Shown here: positions 17,097 to 27,178 of the stretch, one piece after another
Numbering within the stretch: position 1 is the stretch's first letter
Layout of the letters: each line of letters starts with the position of its first letter
Virus record (IMG/VR): IMGVR_UViG_3300011271_000004
Coordinates: 1-64,000 of that record
Source: a virus
Reading direction: 5' to 3' (one strand)
DNA: 64,000 nt
The notes under the pieces: model-generated
What the model was told of the DNA's origin: nothing
Databases searched by the model: none
The model's input: only the letters and a program-made list of their open reading frames with translations
Made by a program: the position numbers and the translations under genes

Positions 17097-20000
17097 ATGG
17101 CGTGGGGACCACTGGGCGTGTACGGCGGCGGCCTGCTCCAGGCCATGGACATCTCCGCCGGGAAGATGTTCGGCGGCACCGACACCCAGGGGTTCAACTA
17201 CTGCGACAACACCCCGGCCAGCGGCTTGTACGGCGACAACTGGGTGGCCCGCAACCCCGGGCTGGGCGCGTCCGGCAACTACAACCAGATCGCCGCCGTG
17301 CTGGCCTCCACCTTGCACCCGGGCACCACCGTGGCGGCCGGGTCGAACGGGGGCAACATCGCCAACATCGCCACCTGGGGCACACCGGGTGCGGGGGTGC
17401 TGGCGGTGGCGTCCACCACCGGCTATGCCGCCTCGGGCTCCGTGTCGGTGGCCACGTCCGGCGGCAACGCCGTCATTGCCTACACCGGCATCACCGGCAA
17501 CACGCTGACCGGCTGCACCCTGGTGTACGGGTCCGGCACGGTCAGCACGGGCGGCACGGTCAGCGGCACCACCTACATAGCCACCGGGGATGGGCTGCTG
17601 AAAACCACCACTGATGGGTGCTCGTGGACGCCGCTGGCCACCTCGGTTGTGTTCGCCGCCAACGGGGCCAACAGCGCGGACCCGATACCGTCACTCAACT
17701 GGGCGCGGCCGGTGGGCAGGCTGCTGCTGGAGGACTCCGCTGGGGCCACCCAGTTCTTGTGGGCGGCCACGTACAAGCAGGGGATCAAGCGCAGCACCGA
17801 TGGCGGGGTCACGTTCCCGGTGGTGGCCAACATGGCTGGGGTGGCCCCGGGCACCAACTATTTCGCCCGCACCATCGCTCAGGACCCCGATCAGACCACC
17901 ACCTGTTACGCCGGGTTCATCGACCACAGCAGCGGCACGACGGGGTTCGGCGGGATCTGGCGGTGCACCAACGCGCATACCACCACCAGCGCCCCCAACT
18001 TCATCCGCCTTGCCGGGCTGAACGTGGCGGCGGTGGAGGACATCAAGGTGCTCGGCGGGATCATCTATGCGGCGTGCGGCACCGATGGCGTGTTCATGGC
18101 CGACAAGACCGCCGACCTGTCCAATGCGGCCAACTGGGTCAACATTGGCACCATCGGCGGCACCGGCACGGGGATCGTGCTGAACGCGGCCAGTATCTGG
18201 ATGAGCCTGGATGTGGTGGTGGACTCGGGCAACCATCTGGTGGCGGTGACCTGCTCCCAGCCGGCGGATACGGCCAAGACGTGTGCGGTCAAAATCGTGG
18301 TCAACCCCACTGCCAAGACGGTCACCTCCCGTTCGATGCTGGCCAACAACACCAACGTGTCCACCTCCACGCTGCCTCCGGTGGGGCAGACATGGTGGAA
18401 CAGCGGCAGCGGCCTGGTGCTGGGTGCCAGCAACTTCCGCAACCCGCAGGTCATGTGGGACCCGGCTGACGCCACCCACAACCGGATCTACATTTGCGCT
18501 GATCAGGGGCTGTACCGCACCAGCAACGGCGGCACCACCTGGACTATCGCCTGCGCCGGGATGCGGATGTTCCTGGGCCGCGACATGTGCACCGACCCGA
18601 ACACCGCCGGGTGGGGCGCGGTGTGCTCCAGCGACTGGCTGGTGGTGTTCTGGAAGGACGGGGTGGCGGCCAACGCCAGCACCACAGCCCAAAGCGGCTC
18701 CGGGCTGCCCGGCAGCAGCCAGGGGTTTGCGGTGGCGGTGGACCCGGTGGATTCCACCGTGTACCTGGCGGTGGGCAACAAGTACGGCAAGGCCCCCACC
18801 GCCGGGCAGATATACCAGGGCGCGGGCGGGGCCACATTCCCGCCCGGCCCGTTCACCACCGTGGGGCCGGGGGCCGGCGACTGGGGCACAGCGGTGTCCA
18901 ACAAGACCCCGATTGGGCTGTGCGCGCTGCGCGACGGGTCCAACAACAAGGTGCTGCTGGCCGCCGCATGGCAGGGCGGCGGGCTGTGGCGCAACGTGCA
19001 AGCCGCCGGGGCGTGGACCGCGTGGACCCAGGTGGGGGCGGCCACCAGCGTGGCCACCAGCACCGGGGCCACCGGGTTCAACATCCGCTTCCAGGTTGGC
19101 CCCGGCGGCACCGGCAACCCGCCGGTGATCTACTGCTACGACCCGAAGACAGGCATTTACCGGTCGCTGGACTACGGGCTCACCTGGGCGACGGTGATCA
19201 GCACCATCACCTCGGGCACGGCCGGGTCGGCGGAGATCGCCGCCCACCCGGTCAATGTGGGCGAGTTGTGGGTGACCGCCAACTACAACATGCGCAAGCT
19301 CACCAACGCGCACGGCACCGGCACCCTGGGCAACACCCTGATCAGCACCCTGGGCAATCCGGGGGCCTTGGCGATCCGCCCCACCGATGCGGCCATGTTC
19401 GCCACCACCCGCGACACCGGCAGCGGGCAAACGGCGGTGAAGTCCACCGATGGCGGCCTCACCTGGCCGCTGGCGGTGCCCGGCGACGTGCTGTTCGGCC
19501 AGTTGGACAACACCAGCGAGCACATCCGGTTCGACCAGGGCGGGGTCAGCGGCCGGGTGTATGTCAGCGGCTCCAACATTGTCACCCAGGCCCTGTTCGG
19601 CGCGGGGGCGGGCGGCAGCTTCACGCTGGTGCAGCAGTCCAACAACATCGTCGGCGCGGCCGGGTCGTTCAGCGCCTGGTTCAGCGCCACCAGTGTGGGC
19701 TCCACGCTCAACAACCTGCTGTCGGTGCGGCTGCTCATGGACGACTGTGCCATGACCGTCACCGCGCCCAATGCCAACTGGGAGTTGGTGGCGGACGGCC
19801 CGTCCGGCACGGCCTCGGGGTTCGCCAGGGCGCAAACGTGGTTGTACCGCCGCTGCGCCGCCGGCATCGGCGCGCTGGTGGGCTCGGCGGCAGTGTTCAC
19901 CTACTCCAACACTGGTGCCACCGTCAAAGGGCGCATCCACGAGCATTCGTCGGCGGCGGCATTCCAGTACGTGGACCGCACCGGGGTGGCCTCGGCGCAG

Positions 20001-23000
20001 GTGTCGTCTGCTACGCCGGGGCCGGTGACCGGGGGGGCGGCGGCCAGGGTTACCGGCGGCCTGGCGCTCACCGCCACCGCCGTGGTGCACTCCAACGTCC
20101 CCACCGGGCAATCGTGGGGCACGCCGGGCGGGTGGACCACGGATGGCAGCACCCCCAACGCCGCCCTGATCTTCCACCTGATGGAGCAGGCGGTGCCTGG
20201 CGGCACGGAGACGTTTACCGACTCGCTCACCCTCGGCACCGGGGTAATGACCTCCTGGGCGGAAACCCTGGTCACCTTGTGGTGCTCAGCGGTGCAGGTC
20301 ACCACCGCCAGCTTGCCCGGCGGCAACCAGGGCACGGCGTACAGCCAAGCGCTGGCCGCCGCTGGGACCACCGGGGCGGTCACCTGGTCGCTGTGGTCGG
20401 GGGCGCTGCCACCCGGGCTGGCCATCAGCGGGGCCAACATCACCGGCACGCCCACCGCTGCGGGCACGTTCACCTTCCGGGTGCTGGCCACCGACACGGC
20501 TGGGGCCATGGGCTATTCGGCGCTGTTCTCGGTCACCATCGCCGCCGGGGTGACGATCACCACCTCAAGCCCGCTGCCCGATGGGGCGGTGGGTGATGCC
20601 TTCAGCCTGACCCTGGCGCTGACCGGCGGCAGCCCGGCCTACACGTGGACCAGGCCCAGCGGGACGCTGCCCACCGGGCTGTCGCTGTCCACTGCCGGGG
20701 TGATCAGCGGCACGCCCAGCGTGACCGGGCCGTTCACCTTCGACGTGCTGGTGACCGATGGCAACGGCTCGACTGACCGCACCACGCTGGCCATCACCAT
20801 CCGCCCAGCCGTGCTGGTGACCACCACCACGGTGCCGCATGCCATCGCCGGGGTGGCGTATTCCGCCGCGCTGGGCGCGGACGGCGGCCTGCCCGCCTAC
20901 TCGTGGGCCATCACCAGCGGGGCGCTGCCGGCGGGGACCGCCTTGGACCCGGTGGCGGGCATCATCGCGGGCTCGGCGGCCACACCGGGCAGCTACCCGT
21001 TCACCGCCCAGGTCACCGACGCCGGCGGCTCCACCGCCGCCCAGGCCCTCATCCTGGTGGTGGACTCCCCGCCCGCGCCCGGTGCGGTGTCCGATTCGCT
21101 GGTTGTCGCCGGCCAGTTTGAGCTAGCCGGCGATGGGGTGGTCTCGGATCACCCGGCGTGCCCCGGTGCGATATTCCGCCTTGGCCGCGCCGGGGGTTCC
21201 CTGGATTACGACTTGGGGATGCCGCAGCCGGTGACTGACTTGCTGGCCAGCTTGGCGCTGGACGGGGAGCGGCCGATGGGCCGGCGGGCGTCGAACCGCA
21301 CCATGGTGCTGCCGGTGGTGATCGTGGTCCCGCCCAGCGGCGATGCGGTAGCTGACCGCTCACTGCTGGCGGCGGCGCGCGAAACGCTGTGGCAGGCCAT
21401 TGACGGCGACCGGTGGGAGCTTACGTGGGCGCGGGCCGGCGGGCAGCCGGTGGTGTTCGACTGCTTCCGCGCAGCGGCCACCACCTACCACTACTCGCTG
21501 ATCCGCGATAAGCAACTGGTCTCGGTGATGGACCTGACCTTCCAGGCGCTGCCTTACGGGCGCAGCACCGACCTGGAAACGCTGGCGTTTGCCGCGCCCT
21601 CGGCTAGCTGGCAGATGCCCGCCGACCCGATCACCATTGACGATTTCACCACCGTGGCCAGCGCCACCAACGCCGGGCAGTGGTCCCGCTCGACGCAGGC
21701 AGCAGTGGGCGCGTTCTCCGCGCACTGGTCGCGGCGGTGGCGGGACCGGCCGAACTATACCCACGGCCTGGCCGCCCCGGTGGGGATGGGCACCCGGCCC
21801 AAGGTGAGCTTCTGGGTGGGCCTGGGCACCAGCGCGGACCAGTACCACGTGTGGCACGGCGGGAAGGTCACCGCTGATGTGCAGTTGACCGACACCAGCG
21901 GCACCACCATCCAGATGGCGGCCACGGTGACGTGCGCGTGCTCCGGGCTGCCCGGCCAGCCGGCGTGGACGCGGGTGAGCGTGGCCATGCCGCTAACGAC
22001 ACTGTTCGACAACACGGCGGTGGCCAGCTACAGCATCAAACTGTGGAACACCACCGACAACGACACCGGCAACCGCATCCTGCAAGCGGAGTGTTACATT
22101 TCGGGGCTGGAGGCGTCGGCGGCGGCGGTGGGCGCGCCAGCCGGGCGGGGGGCGGTGTACCAGCTACGCGGCGTCATCGGCACCGCCCGTGCGCCGCTGA
22201 ACATCCAGGTGCAGCCGGGGCCGACCGTGCAAAAGCAGGTGCACCAGCGGGACGCCTCGGGGGCGTCGGCGTTCCTGGTGCCCGCCGGGGTGACGGTGGG
22301 CATGGCCGAGGTGTGGGCCGGCGGCAACGGCGGCGGCGGCGGGGCCGGCAGCGGCCTGGGCATCGGCGGCGGCGGCGGGCCTGGTGGCGAGTACGCCTGC
22401 GAGCCGGCGATGCCGTTCACCCCCGGGGCCAACGTAACGGTCATTGTGGGCGGCGGCGGCGGCGGCGGGGCCATCGGGGCTAACGGGCAACCGGGCGGGA
22501 TGTCGCAGATCACCAGCACCGGCATGACTGTGACGGCCAGCCCCGGTAACGATGGCGGCTTCTCCGGTCAGCACGTTGGCTTTGTGCTCCCGCAGGGCGG
22601 CACGGGCAGCCAGGCCACTATCCACTACGACGGCGGGGCCGGCGCATTGCAGGAAGCCGCCGGCCAGGCGCACTCCAATGGCTCCGGTGGTGGCGGCTCG
22701 GGTGGCCAATTCCAGGCGGGCCGGCCAGGCTCACGTGGCACCGGCACCGGGCCGGGGCCTGGCGCTACTGCGGTGCCTGGCGGCGGCCCCGGCGGCAATG
22801 GTGCCCACGATGGCCGGGCCGGGTCGCCGCCAGCTAGCGGGCCAGGCGGCGGTGGCGGCGGTGGCGACTCGCTGGGCGCTGGCGGCCCAGGCAGCGTGGG
22901 GCGGGCCAGGATCACCTACGGGGTGACCGTGGGCATCCCGCTGAAGTCGCTGTTGTTGCACCGGGCCGGGCCGAACGCCCCCGGCACGCTGCAACCGCTG

Positions 23001-23678
23001 GTGAGCGTGTTCGGCACCGGCACCGACGTGCCGGACGGGTCGATTGAGTACCCGGTGGTTTCGTACGCCCCCGGCGTGCAGCCGAAGTTCAGCGGCACCT
23101 ACACCGTGGTGGCGGTGGCTCAGTCGTGGCACGGGGCCGTGGGCACCACGCGCACCTTGACGGTGCAGGTGAAGCAGTACGACGGGGCCTCGGGGAGCCC
23201 GCCGGCCACCGGCACCGGGCGGGTGTCGATCAACTCTGTGGCCCGCACCTTCGCCCCGCAGGACGCGCCCAACGGGCTGGTGGTGCTGGGTGACATCACG
23301 TTGCCGGTGCGCGGGGTGGCCCCCGACCAGGCCGATGCCACGTTCACCTTGACGGTCAACTCCACCGACACCGCCGACCTGTTTTACGACGTGATGCTGC
23401 TCGACACCGAGGGCAGCACCATCCTGCTGAACGGCACCGCCGCCGGGTACGCCAACCTGTTCGTAGACGCCCCGGATGCTGACCGGGCGCTCGGCCCGGT
23501 GCTGGGCTCCTACACCGACCGGGACGCGGCCTCTTCGGTGCTGGATGACACGATTGTCAGCGGGCCGCCGCTGTCGGTGGACCCGGGGGATAACTGGCTG
23601 CTGGCCTACTCCCCGCAAGGTGTGCCGGCGATGTTCGCCACCTACCTGCCACGCTGGTGGCTGGACCGGCTGAGGTGA
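17097..23678 (+). CDS. giant multidomain tail protein (BNR/Asp-box propeller + 4 Ig-like repeats + Dit-like region + Gly-rich domain)
   Basis: Single 2193-aa ORF. Asp-boxes are STDGGVTF, SNGGTTW, SLDYGLTW and STDGGLTW. Four units of about 85 aa have the form LP.G..G.AYS..L.A.GG..AY.W....G.LP.GL.L...G.I.GTP...G.F.F. Gly runs (GGGGGAGSGLGIGGGGGPGGEY) resemble actinophage minor tail proteins. Confidence 0.8.
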   Translation: MAWGPLGVYGGGLLQAMDISAGKMFGGTDTQGFNYCDNTPASGLYGDNWVARNPGLGASGNYNQIAAVLASTLHPGTTVAAGSNGGNIANIATWGTPGAGVLAVASTTGYAASGSVSVATSGGNAVIAYTGITGNTLTGCTLVYGSGTVSTGGTVSGTTYIATGDGLLKTTTDGCSWTPLATSVVFAANGANSADPIPSLNWARPVGRLLLEDSAGATQFLWAATYKQGIKRSTDGGVTFPVVANMAGVAPGTNYFARTIAQDPDQTTTCYAGFIDHSSGTTGFGGIWRCTNAHTTTSAPNFIRLAGLNVAAVEDIKVLGGIIYAACGTDGVFMADKTADLSNAANWVNIGTIGGTGTGIVLNAASIWMSLDVVVDSGNHLVAVTCSQPADTAKTCAVKIVVNPTAKTVTSRSMLANNTNVSTSTLPPVGQTWWNSGSGLVLGASNFRNPQVMWDPADATHNRIYICADQGLYRTSNGGTTWTIACAGMRMFLGRDMCTDPNTAGWGAVCSSDWLVVFWKDGVAANASTTAQSGSGLPGSSQGFAVAVDPVDSTVYLAVGNKYGKAPTAGQIYQGAGGATFPPGPFTTVGPGAGDWGTAVSNKTPIGLCALRDGSNNKVLLAAAWQGGGLWRNVQAAGAWTAWTQVGAATSVATSTGATGFNIRFQVGPGGTGNPPVIYCYDPKTGIYRSLDYGLTWATVISTITSGTAGSAEIAAHPVNVGELWVTANYNMRKLTNAHGTGTLGNTLISTLGNPGALAIRPTDAAMFATTRDTGSGQTAVKSTDGGLTWPLAVPGDVLFGQLDNTSEHIRFDQGGVSGRVYVSGSNIVTQALFGAGAGGSFTLVQQSNNIVGAAGSFSAWFSATSVGSTLNNLLSVRLLMDDCAMTVTAPNANWELVADGPSGTASGFARAQTWLYRRCAAGIGALVGSAAVFTYSNTGATVKGRIHEHSSAAAFQYVDRTGVASAQVSSATPGPVTGGAAARVTGGLALTATAVVHSNVPTGQSWGTPGGWTTDGSTPNAALIFHLMEQAVPGGTETFTDSLTLGTGVMTSWAETLVTLWCSAVQVTTASLPGGNQGTAYSQALAAAGTTGAVTWSLWSGALPPGLAISGANITGTPTAAGTFTFRVLATDTAGAMGYSALFSVTIAAGVTITTSSPLPDGAVGDAFSLTLALTGGSPAYTWTRPSGTLPTGLSLSTAGVISGTPSVTGPFTFDVLVTDGNGSTDRTTLAITIRPAVLVTTTTVPHAIAGVAYSAALGADGGLPAYSWAITSGALPAGTALDPVAGIIAGSAATPGSYPFTAQVTDAGGSTAAQALILVVDSPPAPGAVSDSLVVAGQFELAGDGVVSDHPACPGAIFRLGRAGGSLDYDLGMPQPVTDLLASLALDGERPMGRRASNRTMVLPVVIVVPPSGDAVADRSLLAAARETLWQAIDGDRWELTWARAGGQPVVFDCFRAAATTYHYSLIRDKQLVSVMDLTFQALPYGRSTDLETLAFAAPSASWQMPADPITIDDFTTVASATNAGQWSRSTQAAVGAFSAHWSRRWRDRPNYTHGLAAPVGMGTRPKVSFWVGLGTSADQYHVWHGGKVTADVQLTDTSGTTIQMAATVTCACSGLPGQPAWTRVSVAMPLTTLFDNTAVASYSIKLWNTTDNDTGNRILQAECYISGLEASAAAVGAPAGRGAVYQLRGVIGTARAPLNIQVQPGPTVQKQVHQRDASGASAFLVPAGVTVGMAEVWAGGNGGGGGAGSGLGIGGGGGPGGEYACEPAMPFTPGANVTVIVGGGGGGGAIGANGQPGGMSQITSTGMTVTASPGNDGGFSGQHVGFVLPQGGTGSQATIHYDGGAGALQEAAGQAHSNGSGGGGSGGQFQAGRPGSRGTGTGPGPGATAVPGGGPGGNGAHDGRAGSPPASGPGGGGGGGDSLGAGGPGSVGRARITYGVTVGIPLKSLLLHRAGPNAPGTLQPLVSVFGTGTDVPDGSIEYPVVSYAPGVQPKFSGTYTVVAVAQSWHGAVGTTRTLTVQVKQYDGASGSPPATGTGRVSINSVARTFAPQDAPNGLVVLGDITLPVRGVAPDQADATFTLTVNSTDTADLFYDVMLLDTEGSTILLNGTAAGYANLFVDAPDADRALGPVLGSYTDRDAASSVLDDTIVSGPPLSVDPGDNWLLAYSPQGVPAMFATYLPRWWLDRLR

Positions 23679-23681
23679 GCC

Positions 23682-24812
23682 GTGCCGGTACCAGCTAGCG
23701 CGCAAGTCCGCACCCAGGCCCCCGGCGGTGGTGACATCCGGTGGCTGGGGCAGGCGGGGCTGGTGGCGTCGCTGAAGTGGTCGTCGGTGGTGCCCGGCGG
23801 GGCGGACCAGTTCTCGGGCCTGCTCCAGGTGCCTGCCGGGCGGCGGGATCCGGCGGTGGCGGTGGGCCGGCAGGTGCAGGTGTACCGGGGGCTGCAATGC
23901 GTGTGGGATGGGCAGTTGGATGAGCCGACGCCGCAGCAGGACGGGTGGCTGATCACCGCGCATGGGGCGGGCACGTTCGGCAACCAGTTCCGGGCGCTGT
24001 GGACGGCCACCTGGGCGTCGGGTGACGGCCCCGACTCAGCGGTGAACGGGGCCATCGGGCGGGGCATGCGGTGGGTGAACCCGGGCATTGGCCACACCGT
24101 GCTGCCAGCCAGCGCGTGGCTGGGGCAGACCCCGGATAACTCCTCGCTGGCCATCACCGATGTGATGACGCTGATCTGCGCGCGGGGCGGCCTGTTGTGG
24201 AAGGTCACTACCGGGGTGTCGGGCAACCTGCTGAGCATCTACCCGCTGCCCACGGCCACCACCCGGCTGCTGGTGGCCACCACCCCGGTGGCGCGGCAGG
24301 TCGCCGGGCTGGTCAACGCGGTGTCGGTGCGGTACCAGGACAGCGGCACGCCCACGTTCAACACGGTGTGGGCCACCAGCCCGGCGCTGATCGCCGCCTA
24401 CGGGCGCATCGAGCAGTACATAGACATCTCCAGCGCGGGCACCGTGCTGGCGGCGGTGGCCACCAGTGTGGGCAACTATGCCCTGGCCCGCTACCAGCAG
24501 GTGGCGTGGGGCGGCCCGTTCGTCGTGGCCCCCGGGCAGTACTTGACCAACCGGGGCAGCCCGGTGGATCTGGGCACTGAGCGCGCCGGGGAGGTGGTTC
24601 GGCCCCTGGGGGCTGATTTTGGCGGGCAGGTGAACCTGGGGCTGCCGCCGACGTTCATCGCTGGTCAGGTGGAGTATGACGATGAGACCGGCACGCTGGC
24701 GGTAACGCCGTGGGGTTCGGTGCGCACCGACTGGCAGGCGCTGGTGGCCGCGCGAACCACTTTCCACCCGGGCCGGGGTGACCCGTTCGGTTTCAAGGGC
24801 ACCACGGTCTAA
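23682..24812 (+). CDS. minor tail protein
   Basis: GTG start 4 nt after the previous stop. 376 aa. Function inferred from position in the tail module. Confidence 0.55.
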   Translation: MPVPASAQVRTQAPGGGDIRWLGQAGLVASLKWSSVVPGGADQFSGLLQVPAGRRDPAVAVGRQVQVYRGLQCVWDGQLDEPTPQQDGWLITAHGAGTFGNQFRALWTATWASGDGPDSAVNGAIGRGMRWVNPGIGHTVLPASAWLGQTPDNSSLAITDVMTLICARGGLLWKVTTGVSGNLLSIYPLPTATTRLLVATTPVARQVAGLVNAVSVRYQDSGTPTFNTVWATSPALIAAYGRIEQYIDISSAGTVLAAVATSVGNYALARYQQVAWGGPFVVAPGQYLTNRGSPVDLGTERAGEVVRPLGADFGGQVNLGLPPTFIAGQVEYDDETGTLAVTPWGSVRTDWQALVAARTTFHPGRGDPFGFKGTTV

Positions 24813-24826
24813 AGGGAAGGGGAGCG

Positions 24827-25243
24827 GTGGGGCTTAACACGTGGGTCTCTGTTGTGCTCATCGTGGGCGTGGCCATCACGGCGGCGGCGGCCATCGGCGG
24901 CAGCTTCCGCACCGGCCGCGCGGCGATGGCCATTGCCAACTACCGCACCTTGGCTGAGTCGTGGGAGGCCAAGGCGCATGAGGCGGAGGCGCAGAAACTG
25001 GTCATGGCCGAGCAGGTGGCCGACCTGACTGCGCGGGTGGGTGTGCTCCAAGACCTGGTAACCGGCAAGGCGCAGGTGGACACTCTTACCACCCGGGTGG
25101 ACCGCATCACCGCCTTGCTAGATGACCGGGCGGCCCGCATGGATGCCCGGGTGAGTGAGATTCTTCAGCAGATAGGGGCCAGCCGCGCCGACCTTCGCAA
25201 GCTGCTGGCAGCGGCGGCCCCGGAAGGGCGGCCACGTGGGTGA
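24827..25243 (+). CDS. membrane-anchored coiled-coil protein
   Basis: SD GGGAAGGGGAG. N-terminal TM (VSVVLIVGVAITAAAAIGG) followed by a heptad-like helical region. Confidence 0.6.
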   Translation: MGLNTWVSVVLIVGVAITAAAAIGGSFRTGRAAMAIANYRTLAESWEAKAHEAEAQKLVMAEQVADLTARVGVLQDLVTGKAQVDTLTTRVDRITALLDDRAARMDARVSEILQQIGASRADLRKLLAAAAPEGRPRG

Positions 25244-25721
25244 TGACCAGTCCCCGCAGCGGGGCGGGCCGGTGCCGCCCGCGCCGCCGCCCGTGGGTGA
25301 TTTGGATGATGACCTGCGCACCACCTTGCGGCGGATGAACCAGGGGCGGTGGGTGGCGCTGCTGGTGTTCGCCGCCGTGGCGCTCCTCGGCCTGGTGGCC
25401 TTGGGGTTCCTCGCCTACCAGCAGGCTGGGCGGCTGCAAGCCTCCTGCCACTTTTACCGGGATGTGGCCACCTCGCCTGTCGCGGCGGCCCCCGGTGCGG
25501 CCCGCCCGGGGCTGCTGGGGGTCAAGATCGTGGTGGACTCGCGGGAGGCGTATGCGCGGGAAAGCTGCGGGCTGCTGCCGCCGCCGAGCGTGGCGCTGCT
25601 CCGCTGGGCCGCCTACTACCACCTGCACCTGCTGGCCGGGGCTGTGCCGAACGCCACGCCGGCACCCGTGGCTGACACCCTCCGGTTAGCCGAAAGGTGC
25701 GAGGATGCCCGGTGGAGGTGA
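25236..25721 (+). CDS. membrane protein
   Basis: GTG start overlaps the previous stop. One clear TM (WVALLVFAAVALLGLVALGFLAY). Confidence 0.5.
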   Translation: MGDDQSPQRGGPVPPAPPPVGDLDDDLRTTLRRMNQGRWVALLVFAAVALLGLVALGFLAYQQAGRLQASCHFYRDVATSPVAAAPGAARPGLLGVKIVVDSREAYARESCGLLPPPSVALLRWAAYYHLHLLAGAVPNATPAPVADTLRLAERCEDARWR

Positions 25722-25727
25722 CCCTCA

Positions 25728-26144
25728 ATGAGGCTGTATGGGTTCCGGTTCTACCCCGCCGCATGGTCGGGGGCATTGGCCACGGCGCTGGCGGCTGTGG
25801 TCGCGTTCGGGTTCTTGCCCAAGTCCACGGCGGACTACGTGTCGGCGGCTGGGGTGGCGCTGCTGGGCCTGGTAACGATGGTCCTGGCCCGCCCGGTGGT
25901 GGTGCCCGCAATCGCGGCGGCCATGTCCACGTTCCTGGTGTCCCTCGGCGGGTTCGGCCTGCACCTCACCGATGCGCAGCTTGCCGGTGTGATGGGCGTG
26001 GCCACCATGATCCTTACCTGGGCGGTGCACAAGAACGTGGTGCCCGCCGCCGGTTCCCCCTCGGTGGCTGACCCCCGGCTGCACCCGCTCGTGCACGCCC
26101 CCGAGCGGATCGGCGCATACCAGGCCCAGGTGCCCCCCGGGTGA
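25728..26144 (+). CDS. holin-like multi-TM protein
   Basis: SD GGAGGTG. About 4 hydrophobic helices in 138 aa, directly upstream of the lysin with a GTGA overlap. Confidence 0.55.
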   Translation: MRLYGFRFYPAAWSGALATALAAVVAFGFLPKSTADYVSAAGVALLGLVTMVLARPVVVPAIAAAMSTFLVSLGGFGLHLTDAQLAGVMGVATMILTWAVHKNVVPAAGSPSVADPRLHPLVHAPERIGAYQAQVPPG

Positions 26145-27172
26145 CGCCCAAGTTCCTGATCGACGCCGCCAGCTTCCAGGGCACGGTGAACTGGTGGACG
26201 GTGGCTATCGGCTGCTCAGGCGGGTGGGAGAAGGTCACCCAGGGCACCACGTACGCCAACCCGTTCTGGGCCGCCGCGCAGCCCGCCATGGCCGCGCAGA
26301 TCGCCCACGGGTTCACCCCCGGGGCGTACCTGTTCATGGAAGCTGGCGACGGCGCGGCGCAGGCCGACTGGTTCGCCGCCCGCGCGGGGCCGCTGCCCGG
26401 CTTCGGGGTGGCCATCGACGCGGAGCCATCGTTCGGGCTGCGCCGCCTGGCGCACGTCTTCCCCGAGGTGCTCACCGCCGGCGACGAGGCGGCGGCGCGC
26501 GCCACCATCGCCCGCGCCACCAGCGTGCCCACCTTGGCGGAGGTGCGGGCGTGCAAGGACCGCCTGGCCCAGCACTACCCGGGCAAGCCTGTCGGCGGGT
26601 ACCTGCCGCACTGGTTCTGGGGTGAGCAGGACACCACGTTCGTGGACTACTTGTGGGCGTCTGACTACGTGCTGGGCCAGGGCCGCCCGCAGGATCTCTA
26701 CCAGCATGTGGTGCCGGCGCAGTGGGCACCGTACGGCGGGCGCGCCCCGGCGCTGCTCCAGTTCACGTCCTCGGCCACCGTGCCGGGTGTCAACGGCCTG
26801 GTGGACTGCTCGGTGTATGAGGGCAGCGACCTGGTCACGCTGATGGTCGGCGCGGCGGCCCCCGGGCTGCCTGGTGAGGAGGAGGACATGGGCGCATCAT
26901 GGCTGCCCAACGCGCGGGTGGCACCGCTGGCGCTGCCGAACGGGGTCAAGCGGCTCCGGTTCGTGGGGCTGGGCGGCACGGAGACGCTGAAGGTGGACTG
27001 GATCATGGGCGTCAGCCCCGACGCGCCGACCCAGACCGTGGATGTGTCGTACGCCATCGGCGCGGCTGGGCTACCTGTGCCGGCTAATTGCACCAGCGCG
27101 CGGGTGGTGCGCGCTGACCTGCCCGCAGGTGCAGCCGACTATCCTTTGGTCGGCATCGCCTACGTGTTCTGA
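26141..27172 (+). CDS. endolysin, GH25 muramidase-like N-terminal domain
   Basis: IDAASFQGTVNW...KVTQGTTYANPFW...AIDAE matches the GH25 pattern (D.S..QG.I.W...K.TEG..Y.D..F ... D.E). The extra C-terminal domain of about 90 aa was not recognised. Confidence 0.7.
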   Translation: MTPKFLIDAASFQGTVNWWTVAIGCSGGWEKVTQGTTYANPFWAAAQPAMAAQIAHGFTPGAYLFMEAGDGAAQADWFAARAGPLPGFGVAIDAEPSFGLRRLAHVFPEVLTAGDEAAARATIARATSVPTLAEVRACKDRLAQHYPGKPVGGYLPHWFWGEQDTTFVDYLWASDYVLGQGRPQDLYQHVVPAQWAPYGGRAPALLQFTSSATVPGVNGLVDCSVYEGSDLVTLMVGAAAPGLPGEEEDMGASWLPNARVAPLALPNGVKRLRFVGLGGTETLKVDWIMGVSPDAPTQTVDVSYAIGAAGLPVPANCTSARVVRADLPAGAADYPLVGIAYVF

Positions 27173-27178
27173 GCCCCG

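Noticed and set aside
17691-20177. 828-aa minus-strand ORF and several long alternative plus-frame ORFs inside the giant tail gene
   Set aside because: They have the same shadow-ORF character. The main frame carries Asp-box and Ig-like repeats and consistent codon bias.
22320-22900. GGC/GGCGGC-rich runs considered as a tandem repeat, a G-quadruplex or a CRISPR-like array
   Set aside because: The runs are in frame within the tail gene and encode the Gly-rich domain common in actinophage minor tail proteins. There is no spacer-repeat periodicity.
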